A stretch of DNA of 64,000 nt. Source: an uncultured Acidobacteriota bacterium. GTDB lineage: Bacteria > Acidobacteriota > Thermoanaerobaculia > Gp7-AA8. The stretch spans positions 1,184,001 through 1,248,000 of the forward strand of contig CAWGHO010000003.1 of NCBI GenBank assembly GCA_963822445.1. Direction: 5' to 3'. Shown here one piece after another: positions 9,189 to 18,832 of this stretch (position 1 is the first letter of the stretch; every line of letters starts with the position of its first letter). Both the position numbers and the translations under genes were made by a program. A model generated the notes under the pieces. That model was given only the letters and a program-made list of their open reading frames with translations. It was not told the origin of the DNA and searched no databases.

Positions 9189-10766
9189 GTGCAAGCGCGC
9201 TCGGCGGTGAGTATTCGGCGGTTCTTCATCGCTTTCGCGCTGATTGCGCTGGCTTGTGGACGCGAGCAGCAGCGCGCGCCCACGCCGGCACCGGCCCCGG
9301 TGCAACCGCGCGACGGCGGCACGCTCACCCGCCGGCTGGAGAACGAGGTCACCACTCTCAACTACCTCCTCCACACGACGGACTACGAGCGGAACGTTCT
9401 CGCCTATCTGTACGACCCGCTCATCGATCTCGACGAGAACCTGCAACCGATTCCCGGCACGGCGGCGAGTTGGACGGTCTCTCCCGACCGGCTGACCTAC
9501 ACGCTGAAGCTCGATCCGCGGTCGACGTTCAGCGACGGCAAGCCCGTTCGCGCCAGCGACATCGTCTTCACCATCCGCAAGATCATCGAGGCCGAGTCGA
9601 TGCAGTACTCGTCGTTCTTCACCGGGCTCGATCTGAACCGGTTGCGCGCGCTCGACGACAGGACCGTCGAAGTGGTCTTCACCGAGCCGCACGTGGCCCG
9701 CTGGTACGCCTTCAACATCGGCGTGTTACCGGAGCACGTTTACGGCAAGGGCGATTTCAAGAACGACTTCAACGACATGGCCGTCGGCAACGGGCCCTAC
9801 GTGCTCGCGCGCCGCCAGGCGGAACAGCCGATCACGCTCGAGCGGCGTGCCGACTACTGGCGCGAGAAGCCGCACATTCAGCGCATCGTCTTCAAGGTCA
9901 TCGGCGACACCACCGTGGCCTGGAACGCGATGAAGCGGGGCGACATCGACGAGATGCGGCTCAAGACCGACTTCTGGGCTCGCGAGAAGAACGCGCCGAA
10001 CGTCGAGTTCCACGACGTCTGGGCCCTTCAGTACAACTGCATCGCCTGGAACAACCGCGATCCCATCCTGCGCGACCCGCGCGTCCGCCGCGCGCTGGCC
10101 ATGGCCTTCGACACGAAGCAGGTCATCGACACGATGTACCACGGCCAGGCCCGCGCCATCAGCGGCCCGTTCACGCCCGATCAGTGGGCATACAACGCCG
10201 CCGTTCCGCCGGTGAAGTTCGATCTCGCCGGCGCGCGGAAGCTGCTCGACGAGGCGGGATGGAAAGACAAGAAGCTCGCACTGACGATGATCCTTCCCGC
10301 CGGCAACACCGTCGGCCTCGAGCAGGGGCAGATCCTGCAGGATGCCCTGGGGAAGATCGGCGTGACGCTGAGCGTGCAGGCCCTCGAAGGGGCGGCGTTC
10401 TTCGAGCACATCATGCGCGGCAACTACCAGTCGGCCTTTTTCGCCTGGTCTCTCGATCCCGAGCCCGATCTCTATCCGCTGTTCCACTCGACCCAGATCC
10501 CGCCGGCCGGGATGAACGTGATCGGCTACTCGAATCCCGAAGTGGATCGGGCCATCGACGAGGCCCGCCGCACGTTCGACCTTCCCACGCGGCGAGCCGC
10601 CTACCACCGCCTTCATGTCATGCTCGCCGCCGATCAGCCGTATCTCTGGACGCTGCAGCTCGCCCAGAAGTGGGCCGTGAACAAGAGAGTGAAGAACGTG
10701 AAAGTGTCGAAGGGCTTCGGACTGTTCATTTGGCATCCCGGGCCGAAGCAGTGGTGGCTTCAATAG
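9189..10766 (+). CDS. ABC transporter substrate-binding lipoprotein, family 5 (oligopeptide/OppA-like)
   Basis: Lipobox IALAC; motifs LYDPL, FSDGKPVRASDIVFT, GNGPY, LRDPRVRRALAMAFD. Start could also be GTG 9207. Confidence 0.9.
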   Translation: MQARSAVSIRRFFIAFALIALACGREQQRAPTPAPAPVQPRDGGTLTRRLENEVTTLNYLLHTTDYERNVLAYLYDPLIDLDENLQPIPGTAASWTVSPDRLTYTLKLDPRSTFSDGKPVRASDIVFTIRKIIEAESMQYSSFFTGLDLNRLRALDDRTVEVVFTEPHVARWYAFNIGVLPEHVYGKGDFKNDFNDMAVGNGPYVLARRQAEQPITLERRADYWREKPHIQRIVFKVIGDTTVAWNAMKRGDIDEMRLKTDFWAREKNAPNVEFHDVWALQYNCIAWNNRDPILRDPRVRRALAMAFDTKQVIDTMYHGQARAISGPFTPDQWAYNAAVPPVKFDLAGARKLLDEAGWKDKKLALTMILPAGNTVGLEQGQILQDALGKIGVTLSVQALEGAAFFEHIMRGNYQSAFFAWSLDPEPDLYPLFHSTQIPPAGMNVIGYSNPEVDRAIDEARRTFDLPTRRAAYHRLHVMLAADQPYLWTLQLAQKWAVNKRVKNVKVSKGFGLFIWHPGPKQWWLQ

Positions 10767-11590
10767 AGCATTCGCTGCATCTGCCCGACGGCGAGCGCGG
10801 TCATCTGCTGGTCATGCTGCACGGCTGCGTGCAGCCGGCGAGCGAGCTCGCGATCGCCACGCGCATGAACGCCGCCGCCGCGGCGAAGGGCTGGGCGGTG
10901 TTGTGGCCCCAGCAGTCGCAGGCCGCGCATGAATTGCGCTGCTGGAACTGGTACCTGCCCGACCATCAGAACCGCGGTGCCGGCGAGCCGGCGATGCTCG
11001 CTGAGCTCATTCGCGATGTGCGCGCCGAGCACGGTCTCGATCGCGTGTTTCTCGGCGGCATTTCCGCCGGCGCGGCGATGAGCGCGGTGCTCGCGGCGAA
11101 CTATCCCGAGATGATCACGGCCATCGCGATGCACTCCGGAATCGCATTCGGTGCGGCGTCGACCGTGGCCGGCGCGCTCACGGCCATGCGCACCGGCGAT
11201 CTGGATCCGCTCGCGCTCGGAGTCCAGGCGAATCAGGCGATGGGCGAGCGAGCACGCGTGATTCCGACGCTCGTGCTGCACGGCCGCCAGGATGCAGCGC
11301 TCCATCCGCGCAACGGGACGAATCTCGCCGGGCAGTGGGCCGTGGCAAACGCAATCGCCCTCGGCAAACCGGCGGCGATTCCGTCATCGCGAGAAACGAC
11401 TCATCGCGAGGAAGGCCGTTACGACGCGACGATCGTCACCTACGACGACGTCGACGTCGAGGAATGGCGCATCGCCCCCCTCGGACATGCCTGGTCGGGC
11501 GGATCAGCCGAGGCGACGTATACCGATCCGAAGGGTCCCGACGCGACGAGGGCCGTGATCGACTTCTTCAGCCGTTTTTCCCGACCTTGA
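10751..11590 (+). CDS. PHB depolymerase family esterase (LpqC-like alpha/beta hydrolase)
   Basis: MLHGCVQ, CWNW, nucleophile GISAG and GHAWSGG motifs; start placed at GTG 10751 overlapping the upstream stop. Confidence 0.85.
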   Translation: MVASIEHSLHLPDGERGHLLVMLHGCVQPASELAIATRMNAAAAAKGWAVLWPQQSQAAHELRCWNWYLPDHQNRGAGEPAMLAELIRDVRAEHGLDRVFLGGISAGAAMSAVLAANYPEMITAIAMHSGIAFGAASTVAGALTAMRTGDLDPLALGVQANQAMGERARVIPTLVLHGRQDAALHPRNGTNLAGQWAVANAIALGKPAAIPSSRETTHREEGRYDATIVTYDDVDVEEWRIAPLGHAWSGGSAEATYTDPKGPDATRAVIDFFSRFSRP

Positions 11591-12629
11591 CCTCGTCGCC
11601 GACCACGTCCTCGACGTAGAGCATCTTCGAGAGCACCAGCGCCGCGGCCAGCAGCGGCTCGGCCACCAGCATCCCCATCACGCCGAAGACGATCGCCATC
11701 GCCGACACCCCCACGACCGTGAGCACCGGCGGGATGTCGAGGCGCTTTTCGAGGATCAGCGGCGTGATCACGTTGCCCTCGAGCTGCTGGACGATCACGT
11801 AGAGAACGACCACGGCCAGCGCCTTCTGCGGCGAGTCGACGAGCGCGATGCCGATCGCCGGGATCGCACTGACGAACGGTCCGAAGAAGGGGATCAGCTC
11901 CATCAGTCCCGCGAGCAGACCGAGCGCCGCCGCCCCTTTCACGCCCAACAATGCCAGCCCGATTCCGGTGATCAGCCCGATGGCGACCATCGCGATCAGC
12001 CGCGCGATCAGCCATTGCCGCAGCGTTTGCGCGAGGGTCGTCAGCACTTCGCGCGCTCGCGGCCGCGATCGATGCGGAACGAGATGCAGGATGCCGTCGC
12101 GATACTTGCCCGGCTCCGCGGCGATGTACATCCCGATGAAGAGCACGATCACCACGCCGCCGATCGCGCCGAACACCGAGGAGATGATCGGGAAGAGGAA
12201 CTTCGTCGCGCCGCGCAGCTCTTTCGTCAGTTGCGCGGACAGGCCGCCACCCTGCTTTTTCTGCTGCGGCGTGTCGAGACCGAGCGCCTTCGACGCGCCG
12301 GAGGACCCGAACTTCTTCTCGATCTCGTCGATGACTTTCGGCAGCTCTTTGGCGATCTCGCCGGTCTGCCTGCGCACCGCGGGCGCGACCATCGCCCCGA
12401 TGCCGATCAGCAGTCCGATGACCACGATCATCGAGATCGCCGCGCCGAGGCCGCGCCGTACTTTGAATTTTTCGAGGAAGTCGACCGCGCGGGCCAGCGC
12501 CAGTCCGAGCAGCACGCCGAGGAGGGTGACGATGAAGATGGCGTGGGCGATCCAGAGGAAACGGAGGGCGATGAGGACCGCGAAGACGATCGCCGTGACC
12601 TTCAACGCCGTAGCTGCACGGATCTCCAC
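11568..12629 (-). CDS. AI-2E family transporter
   Basis: Multi-TM protein with LIPFFGP and QQLEGNVITP motifs. Confidence 0.88.
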   Translation of the reverse strand: MEIRAATALKVTAIVFAVLIALRFLWIAHAIFIVTLLGVLLGLALARAVDFLEKFKVRRGLGAAISMIVVIGLLIGIGAMVAPAVRRQTGEIAKELPKVIDEIEKKFGSSGASKALGLDTPQQKKQGGGLSAQLTKELRGATKFLFPIISSVFGAIGGVVIVLFIGMYIAAEPGKYRDGILHLVPHRSRPRAREVLTTLAQTLRQWLIARLIAMVAIGLITGIGLALLGVKGAAALGLLAGLMELIPFFGPFVSAIPAIGIALVDSPQKALAVVVLYVIVQQLEGNVITPLILEKRLDIPPVLTVVGVSAMAIVFGVMGMLVAEPLLAAALVLSKMLYVEDVVGDEVKVGKNG

Positions 12630-12665
12630 GCTCCGAACGGGGAGCAGATGTTGTGCCCGGCAGTC

Positions 12666-13127
12666 CTATTGCCGTCTCGCGAGCACCCCATCCATCGTGA
12701 AGTACAGCGAAGCCAGACGCTGCGCGACCTGAGGATCGCCCTGCGCGAGCTGCACGGAAATCGCGTCGCGCGACGAGGCGTACGAACCGAGCGCGCCGCG
12801 CGTGCGCGGTTGCTCGGCGAGACCGGGATCGTCAGCCAGTCGCGCACACCCGTCGAAGAACCGGCGCGCGGCCAGCGCCGCGTTCGCGTAGTTGCTGCGC
12901 TGGGCTTCGAGCGCGGCGATGCCGAGGTCACGGTGGGTGTTGGCCAGCTCCAGGTCGAGCGTCGTCGCTCGCAGCGTCTTCGCCTGCCGATCGGCACGCA
13001 GGCGCTGGGGCGCGTACCCGGCCACGAACGATCCAACGAGAAGCCCGATTACGAGCAGCACGCTCTTCGGGGACATGCGCGAGCTGCGGGTTGGCGCCGG
13101 CGGGGGAGGAGCGGAAGCTGGTTGCAT
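12666..13127 (-). CDS. Hypothetical membrane-anchored helical protein
   Basis: One N-terminal TM segment; same strand as and closely spaced to its neighbours. Confidence 0.6.
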   Translation of the reverse strand: MQPASAPPPPAPTRSSRMSPKSVLLVIGLLVGSFVAGYAPQRLRADRQAKTLRATTLDLELANTHRDLGIAALEAQRSNYANAALAARRFFDGCARLADDPGLAEQPRTRGALGSYASSRDAISVQLAQGDPQVAQRLASLYFTMDGVLARRQ

Positions 13128-13136
13128 GAGAGGACT

Positions 13137-16100
13137 TTAGTTGAGCTGAGCCATGTCGCGCACGGTCTCGGCGAGCTGCATCGGGTCGACCGGCTTCTTC
13201 AGAAACGCGTCGAAGCCGCGCGCAAGCGCATTCTCCCGATCCTCGGGACGCCCGAACGCGGTCAGGGCAATGACCGGCACGCGCCGTCCGGAGTCTCGCA
13301 GCTTGCGCACGAAGTCGTAGCCATCCTCGCCGGGCATGGCGATGTCGCAAACCACGACATCCGGGTTTCCATCGCCCATCGTCTCGAACGCCTCGGCCAC
13401 GGTTTCCGCGCAGGTCACGTCTGCCCCGGCGCGGCGGAGAATCGTGGCCACGACGTCGCGCGTCGGTTGGTGATCGTCGATGACCAGCACGGACTTTCCC
13501 TGCAGCGAAGGAAGCTCGGACTCGCCGGTGGCTTTCCCTGAACCGATCCTGCTCGCGTCGCAAAGCACCGGCAATTCCAGAGTGAACGTCGATCCGCGGC
13601 CTTCGCCCTCGCTCTGCGCGCTGATGCTTCCGCCGTGCAACTCGACGAGCGAGCGGACAATGGCCAGGCCGAGGCCGATGCCGCCGTGCGCGCGGGTGGT
13701 GGAGCTGTCCTGCTGGCGGAACGGCTCGAAGACGTGCGCCAGAAACGATCGAGGAATGCCCATGCCGCTGTCGCGAACGACGAGCGTCACCGTCTCCTCG
13801 GTCGCGGAAAGGCGGACGATCACGTTTCCGCCGCGCGGCGTGAACTTGATCGCGTTCGTCATCAGGTTCCAGATGATCTGCTGCAATCGCGCGGGGTCGC
13901 CGAGAACTGGCGGAATCTGCGCGGGGAAGCTCGTCAGCACCTCGATGTTCTTCGCCGCCGCTGCTGGTTGCACGGTGGCGACTGCGGCTTCCGCGACCGT
14001 GCGCAGGTCGACCGAGTCCATCTGGATGCGCATCTTCCCGGCCATGATCCGCGACATGTCGAGGATGTCTTCGATCAGGTCCATCTGCATGGTCGCGCTG
14101 CGCTCGATGGCGTCGACGGCCTGCTGCATGTCCGCGCCGTCGAGGCCCATCTTGAGCATGCGCGCCCAGCCGAGGACCGCGGTCATGGGCGTGCGAAGCT
14201 CGTGGGAGAGCGTGGCCAGGAACTCGTCCTTCGCGCGATTGGCGTCCTGGGCCGCGGTGTACAGCCGGGCGTTGTCCACCGCGACCGAAGCGCGCCGCGC
14301 GACCTCCTCGGCGAACTCCAGATCGGCCTCGGTGAAGCGGCGGTTCGAATCGGAGGAAACGAGCGTGAGCGTGCCGAATACCCTCTCCCGCGTCTTCAGC
14401 GGGACGACGATGAACGAGACGATGTTCAACGACTTGAGCACGGCGCGGTGTTCTTCCGAAGTCTGCGCGGCCTCGATGAGCTCGGGCGGGACGAACGACA
14501 TCCACTCCGCCTGGCCGGTGCGGATCACGCGCGTGACGGTGTCGGTTTTCGGATCGGGAGGGAAACGGCGGCGCAGCTCGTGGGCAAGCTCGACTTTCGC
14601 CGGGTCCTTGTGCGCAACGGCGAGACGCCGGTGCGGTCCACCTTCTTCATCAGCGATGTCGACGGCGCACCAATCCGCGACCTCGGGGACCATCAGGCTG
14701 GCCAGCGTTTTCAGGGTGGTCTCGTAGTCGAGTGATGACGTCAGGACGTCGGTGGCCTTGCCGAGAAAGCGCTGCCGGTCATCGGCGACTTTGCGCTCGT
14801 CGATGTCCATCGTCGTGCCGACCCACTCGACGATCGCGCCCTGCTCGTCGAGGAGCGGAACCGCGGTCGTGGCGTGCCAGCGATACCCGCCGGCTCGCGA
14901 CCGCAAGCGGAACTCGCGGGCCATCGGCGTTTGTGTGTCGACCGCGGTCTTCCAATCTGCGACCACCTGGTCGCGATCGTCGGGATGAATTGCTTCGGCC
15001 CAGCCCCAGCCGAGGATCTCTTCCGGGGTCTGGCCGGTGATGTCGCGCCAGGAAGGAATGTCGACCGTGACCCGGCCGTCCGGCGCGGCGATCCAGATGG
15101 CCTGCGCGTTCGGCGCAGCCATCACCAGCGATTTGTAGCGGGCCTCGCTGCGCGCGAGCCGCTCGCGTTCCCGGCGGACGGCGTCGTAGAGGCGGACGTT
15201 GTCGATGGCGATTCCCGCTTGCGCGGCCAGGGCCACGGCGATCTGTTCTTCGCTTTCCGTGAAGACGCCCGTTTCCTCGTGGCCGAAGAAAAGACCGCCC
15301 AGCACTTCGCCGGAGCGCGACACCACGGGCACGGCCAGGTAACTCGCGACGGGAAGATGTCCCTCGGGCATGCCGTGATGGGGCGCGTTCCTGCCGTAGC
15401 GCGGATCGCGGCGGATGTCCGCGCTGCGGACGACACCCGTTCCGCTGAACGTCGGCTCGAATACGGCGGTGTTGCGCGGCATGGGGAAGCGGGAGAAGGC
15501 CTCGCGCGGAACGCCGGAGATCGTGTAGAGCGTGTACGACTCGCCGGCTTCGTTGATGACGTTGTAAAAGAACGCGCCGAATTGCGCGTTGGTGAGCTCA
15601 GTGGCCGCGTCGGTGACGGCCTGCACGACGCGTTGCAGATCGAGCTCGCCGGCCACGACGCGCGCCGCTTCGGCGAAGCGATCGAACTTGCGCGCGCTGA
15701 CCGCGGCCGACAGCAGCTCGCCGATGATCGCGCCGAGGTGATGCTCTTCCTCGGAGATCTCGCGAGGCGTGCGGAAGTAGCAGGAGAGCGTGCCCGCGGC
15801 CTCACCGCGAATGCTGAGCGGGATGACGAATGCCTGGCGGATGCCCTGGACGTCGTAGAAGACGCGGCGGTCGGCAGCCAGCGGCCAGGCCGCGATGTCG
15901 GTGACGAACGGACCCTTCGAGAGGACCGATTCGTTGCGCTTCTCCTCGATCGAATAGAGAGCGTATTCCGCGGACAGTCCGCGGCCGGAAGTGATCTCCC
16001 AGCGGCCAACGCGGCCGTCGTATCGCCAGATCGCGTAGGCATCGGCGGGGATGATCTCCGGGACGATCTCCAGAACCTTTTCCACGAGGTTGCGCGACGG

Positions 16101-16166
16101 GAGATCGGAGCGGAGAAGGCTCGATACACGCGCAAGTGCGGCAAGACGGGGCGAGGTATCGGACAT
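13137..16166 (-). CDS. Hybrid histidine kinase (GAF-GAF-PAS-GAF-HisKA-HATPase-REC)
   Basis: H-box LSHELRTP, NLMTNAIKFT, DSGMGI, GLGLAI; receiver CDIAMPGEDG. Start 16166 chosen to avoid overlap with the divergent gene. Confidence 0.93.
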   Translation of the reverse strand: MSDTSPRLAALARVSSLLRSDLPSRNLVEKVLEIVPEIIPADAYAIWRYDGRVGRWEITSGRGLSAEYALYSIEEKRNESVLSKGPFVTDIAAWPLAADRRVFYDVQGIRQAFVIPLSIRGEAAGTLSCYFRTPREISEEEHHLGAIIGELLSAAVSARKFDRFAEAARVVAGELDLQRVVQAVTDAATELTNAQFGAFFYNVINEAGESYTLYTISGVPREAFSRFPMPRNTAVFEPTFSGTGVVRSADIRRDPRYGRNAPHHGMPEGHLPVASYLAVPVVSRSGEVLGGLFFGHEETGVFTESEEQIAVALAAQAGIAIDNVRLYDAVRRERERLARSEARYKSLVMAAPNAQAIWIAAPDGRVTVDIPSWRDITGQTPEEILGWGWAEAIHPDDRDQVVADWKTAVDTQTPMAREFRLRSRAGGYRWHATTAVPLLDEQGAIVEWVGTTMDIDERKVADDRQRFLGKATDVLTSSLDYETTLKTLASLMVPEVADWCAVDIADEEGGPHRRLAVAHKDPAKVELAHELRRRFPPDPKTDTVTRVIRTGQAEWMSFVPPELIEAAQTSEEHRAVLKSLNIVSFIVVPLKTRERVFGTLTLVSSDSNRRFTEADLEFAEEVARRASVAVDNARLYTAAQDANRAKDEFLATLSHELRTPMTAVLGWARMLKMGLDGADMQQAVDAIERSATMQMDLIEDILDMSRIMAGKMRIQMDSVDLRTVAEAAVATVQPAAAAKNIEVLTSFPAQIPPVLGDPARLQQIIWNLMTNAIKFTPRGGNVIVRLSATEETVTLVVRDSGMGIPRSFLAHVFEPFRQQDSSTTRAHGGIGLGLAIVRSLVELHGGSISAQSEGEGRGSTFTLELPVLCDASRIGSGKATGESELPSLQGKSVLVIDDHQPTRDVVATILRRAGADVTCAETVAEAFETMGDGNPDVVVCDIAMPGEDGYDFVRKLRDSGRRVPVIALTAFGRPEDRENALARGFDAFLKKPVDPMQLAETVRDMAQLN

Positions 16167-16200
16167 TGCGACCGCCGGATTGTGATGCAATGTGAGATCC

Positions 16201-17259
16201 ATGCGTATGGCCTTCGTGAGCGCGGCGGTGCTGGTCTCGCTGTCGGCATCAGCCGATGTTCGCCGCGGGGGAATCGCGTTCCATTACGCCACGCCGCTCA
16301 CCGCGCGCGAGCTCGATTGGTTCGGCCGCTTCGAGGTGCTGGTCACGCACGATCCACTGCCGCGCGCGCAGGTCGACGCGCTCCGTCGCCGCGGAACGAA
16401 GCTCGTGTTGTACGAATGGGCGGTCGCGTTCTACACCTCGCGCGCGACGACGTGGGACAAGTCCCTTCCGCCCTCCGCTCTCCTGAACCGCAAGCCGTTG
16501 CGCGGGCATCTCGGCGCGAACGACTCCGACGCGTTCTACTTCGATCCGGGTTCGCGCGAGCATCAGCAGGGCCGCGCGGAACAACTCGCGCGGCGGTTGC
16601 GGGCCATCGGTTACGACGGCGCGTTCCTCGATACGACCACGTCCGCCAGCGTGCATCCGGCCGCGCTGACCGAATATCGGCGGCGCCATCCGGACCTCGA
16701 TTACGACAGGGCCTTCGCCCGTTTTCTGAAGAGTCTCCGCGCCGCGGGGATGATGATCGTGACCAATCAGGGATACCGCCGCGCCGATGATGTGCTGCCG
16801 CACGTCGACTGGGACGTGACCGAGAGCCTGATCACGTATCCGCAGGAAGGCTCTTTTACGCTGCGGCCGTGGAACGCGCCCGGCGATCTGTGGAACAGCA
16901 CTGCCTTTCTGTTTCGGAAGCTGATCTCGCCCGCGCAACGCAGGTACCCGCGCGTCCGCTTCGCACACATCAACTACCTCACGAAAGCGGATCCGAAAAC
17001 GATCGAGCAAATCATCGCCATCGCCCGCCTCTACGATCACGACGCGTTCCTGGCCATGGCCGATCTGAGCAAAGTGATCGAGACCGATCTGTACTTTTTC
17101 GATCTCGGCCGTCCGAAGCCGCGGGTAGAAACGGCCCGCGGCGCCTATCGCGATTTCGAGAACGGCTTCGTCGCCTACAACGCGAGCGCGAAGCCGATGA
17201 AGGTAGGGAAGGTGGTCGTGCCGCCGTCGAGCGCGATCATCCTGAGGCAACCTCGATGA
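16201..17259 (+). CDS. Secreted putative glycoside hydrolase (PelA/GH114-like alpha-1,4-galactosaminidase-type TIM barrel)
   Basis: Signal peptide; GYDGAFLDT, VTNQG and VTESL motifs typical of PelA/GH114-like hydrolases; located next to pelF/pelG. Confidence 0.65.
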   Translation: MRMAFVSAAVLVSLSASADVRRGGIAFHYATPLTARELDWFGRFEVLVTHDPLPRAQVDALRRRGTKLVLYEWAVAFYTSRATTWDKSLPPSALLNRKPLRGHLGANDSDAFYFDPGSREHQQGRAEQLARRLRAIGYDGAFLDTTTSASVHPAALTEYRRRHPDLDYDRAFARFLKSLRAAGMMIVTNQGYRRADDVLPHVDWDVTESLITYPQEGSFTLRPWNAPGDLWNSTAFLFRKLISPAQRRYPRVRFAHINYLTKADPKTIEQIIAIARLYDHDAFLAMADLSKVIETDLYFFDLGRPKPRVETARGAYRDFENGFVAYNASAKPMKVGKVVVPPSSAIILRQPR

Positions 17260-18155
17260 TCGAGCTTCGCGAGGGGGCGGCCTCGGATCGCGAAGAGATC
17301 CTCGCCCTGCGCAAACGCTGTTTTCCCGATGACGATCTCGAGAAGCAGGACCCGCGGTTCTGGGACTGGGAGTTCGGCTCCGGCCGCACCTTCATGGCCG
17401 TCGACGGCAGCCGCTGCATCGCTCACCTCGGCTTTTATCCACAGACCTACGTGATCGACGGCGAGAGCGTGACTGCGATGCTGGCCGTCGATGCGATGAC
17501 CGATCCCGAGTACCGCCGCCAGCATCTGTTCACGCGCGTCGCCGAATTCGCCCGCGACAAGTTGCGCGACGCCGTTCAATTGAGCACGGCCTGGCAGATC
17601 CGCGACGCGGTCTTGCCGGCCATGGCCGTGAATGGATGGAAGCCGCTGCTTCGAGCCTCGGTGCTGGTCAAACCGATCGCATTGCGCTCGATCGCGGGCG
17701 AACTGCCGGCTGCAACGGCCACGTTTCCCGAGCTGCCGCTGCTCGCGACGGTGAATCGCGCCGTGCGAACGACGGACTACCTCGACTGGCGCTTCAAAAA
17801 GAATCCGCTCTGGCAATACGCGATCGACGCGAATGACCATGCCTACGTCGTCACCCGCCGCACGACCCTGCGCGGTTACGACACGCTGGCCATCGCCGAC
17901 ATCGGTTGGCGCCCCGGCCAGTCGCGCGAGGCGCGCCTGCTGCTGCGCGATGCCATCGCCCGCGGCCGCGCCGCCGGCGTCCAGCTCGCCGCCGTGCTCA
18001 TGACCCTCGGCCACCCGGCCCTGCCGACGTTCGTGCGCTCCGGATTCCTGCCGTCGCCGCACCGTTTCCGCTTCCTGGTCAACGTTTTCGACGAGCGCCT
18101 CCGCCTCGGCCGGGCGAAATGGGCGCTGACCTGGGCGGACACCGACCACTTGTGA
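17256..18155 (+). CDS. GNAT family N-acetyltransferase
   Basis: ATGA overlap with the upstream gene; acetyl-CoA motif DAMTDPEYRRQHLF. Confidence 0.8.
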   Translation: MIELREGAASDREEILALRKRCFPDDDLEKQDPRFWDWEFGSGRTFMAVDGSRCIAHLGFYPQTYVIDGESVTAMLAVDAMTDPEYRRQHLFTRVAEFARDKLRDAVQLSTAWQIRDAVLPAMAVNGWKPLLRASVLVKPIALRSIAGELPAATATFPELPLLATVNRAVRTTDYLDWRFKKNPLWQYAIDANDHAYVVTRRTTLRGYDTLAIADIGWRPGQSREARLLLRDAIARGRAAGVQLAAVLMTLGHPALPTFVRSGFLPSPHRFRFLVNVFDERLRLGRAKWALTWADTDHL

Positions 18156-18184
18156 TCTGGCACGATGTATGGTACAACGTATGG
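18150..18184 (+). promoter_or_regulatory. Putative sigma70 promoter with operator repeats for the vapBC module
   Basis: TTGTGA (18150-18155), 17-bp spacer, TACAAC (18173-18178) with an upstream TGn; GTATGG direct repeats at 18167 and 18179 flank the -10. Confidence 0.5.
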
Positions 18185-18188
18185 CATT

Positions 18189-18416
18189 ATGAAGAAGACC
18201 ACCATCTACCTTCCGGACGACCTCAAAAAGAAGGTCGAGGCGGCGGCCAAGGCCGGGCGTCAGTCGGAAGCCGACGTCATCCGTGACGCGATCTCGAGTG
18301 CAGTCGACGCAAAGCCGATCTATCCCGCTCCGCGCGTGCCGCTGCCCGGGATGAAGCTCGGGGATCCGACGATCGCGGAGCGCGCCGGCGATCTGCTCGA
18401 AGGCTTCGGCGAGTGA
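18189..18416 (+). CDS. vapB: Ribbon-helix-helix (CopG-like) antitoxin, VapB-like
   Basis: MKKTTIYLPDDLKKKV...SEADVIRDAI RHH pattern; overlaps the PIN gene start. Confidence 0.85.
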   Translation: MKKTTIYLPDDLKKKVEAAAKAGRQSEADVIRDAISSAVDAKPIYPAPRVPLPGMKLGDPTIAERAGDLLEGFGE

Positions 18417-18832
18417 TCCTGCTCGACACGAGCGGCCTGCTGGCTGCGCTTTTCGACGACCAGCGTCATCACGAGGAGTGTGCGGACGTCCTGCGGAATG
18501 CCCAGGGGCCGCTGATCCTGTCGCCGTTCGTGCTTGCTGAGACCGACTACCTGATCCAGAAGTACGCCGGCGTGAAAGCGGAACTGATGTTTCTCGAGGA
18601 CGTCGCGCGCGGCGCGTACAAGCTCGTCGACATTCGTCCCGACGACATGACGGACATTCGAGTCATGGTGTTGCGCTACAAAGACCTGAACATCGGCGTC
18701 ACCGATGCGTCTTTGATCGTGTTGGCTGACCGCTTCGATTGCCGCGACATATTGACGCTCGACATCCGCCACTTCCGGGCCACGCGGCCGACGACGAAGA
18801 AGAGCTTTCGCATCCTTCCCGCCGATCTCTGA
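18413..18832 (+). CDS. vapC: PIN-domain toxin, VapC-like
   Basis: ILLDTS, AETDY, TDASL and TLD.RHF conserved acidic PIN residues. Confidence 0.9.
   Translation: MILLDTSGLLAALFDDQRHHEECADVLRNAQGPLILSPFVLAETDYLIQKYAGVKAELMFLEDVARGAYKLVDIRPDDMTDIRVMVLRYKDLNIGVTDASLIVLADRFDCRDILTLDIRHFRATRPTTKKSFRILPADL

Noticed and set aside
9107-11590. 827-aa ORF as a single fused protein
   Set aside because: The first ~550 aa are an off-frame shadow of the SBP gene; only the part from about 10751 has esterase motifs.
14874-16790. Long Arg/Ala/Pro-rich alternative-frame ORFs (this one and e.g. 12015-13541, 22400-24235, 32694-35036)
   Set aside because: They are shadow ORFs of well-supported genes in high-GC DNA and carry no domain motifs.
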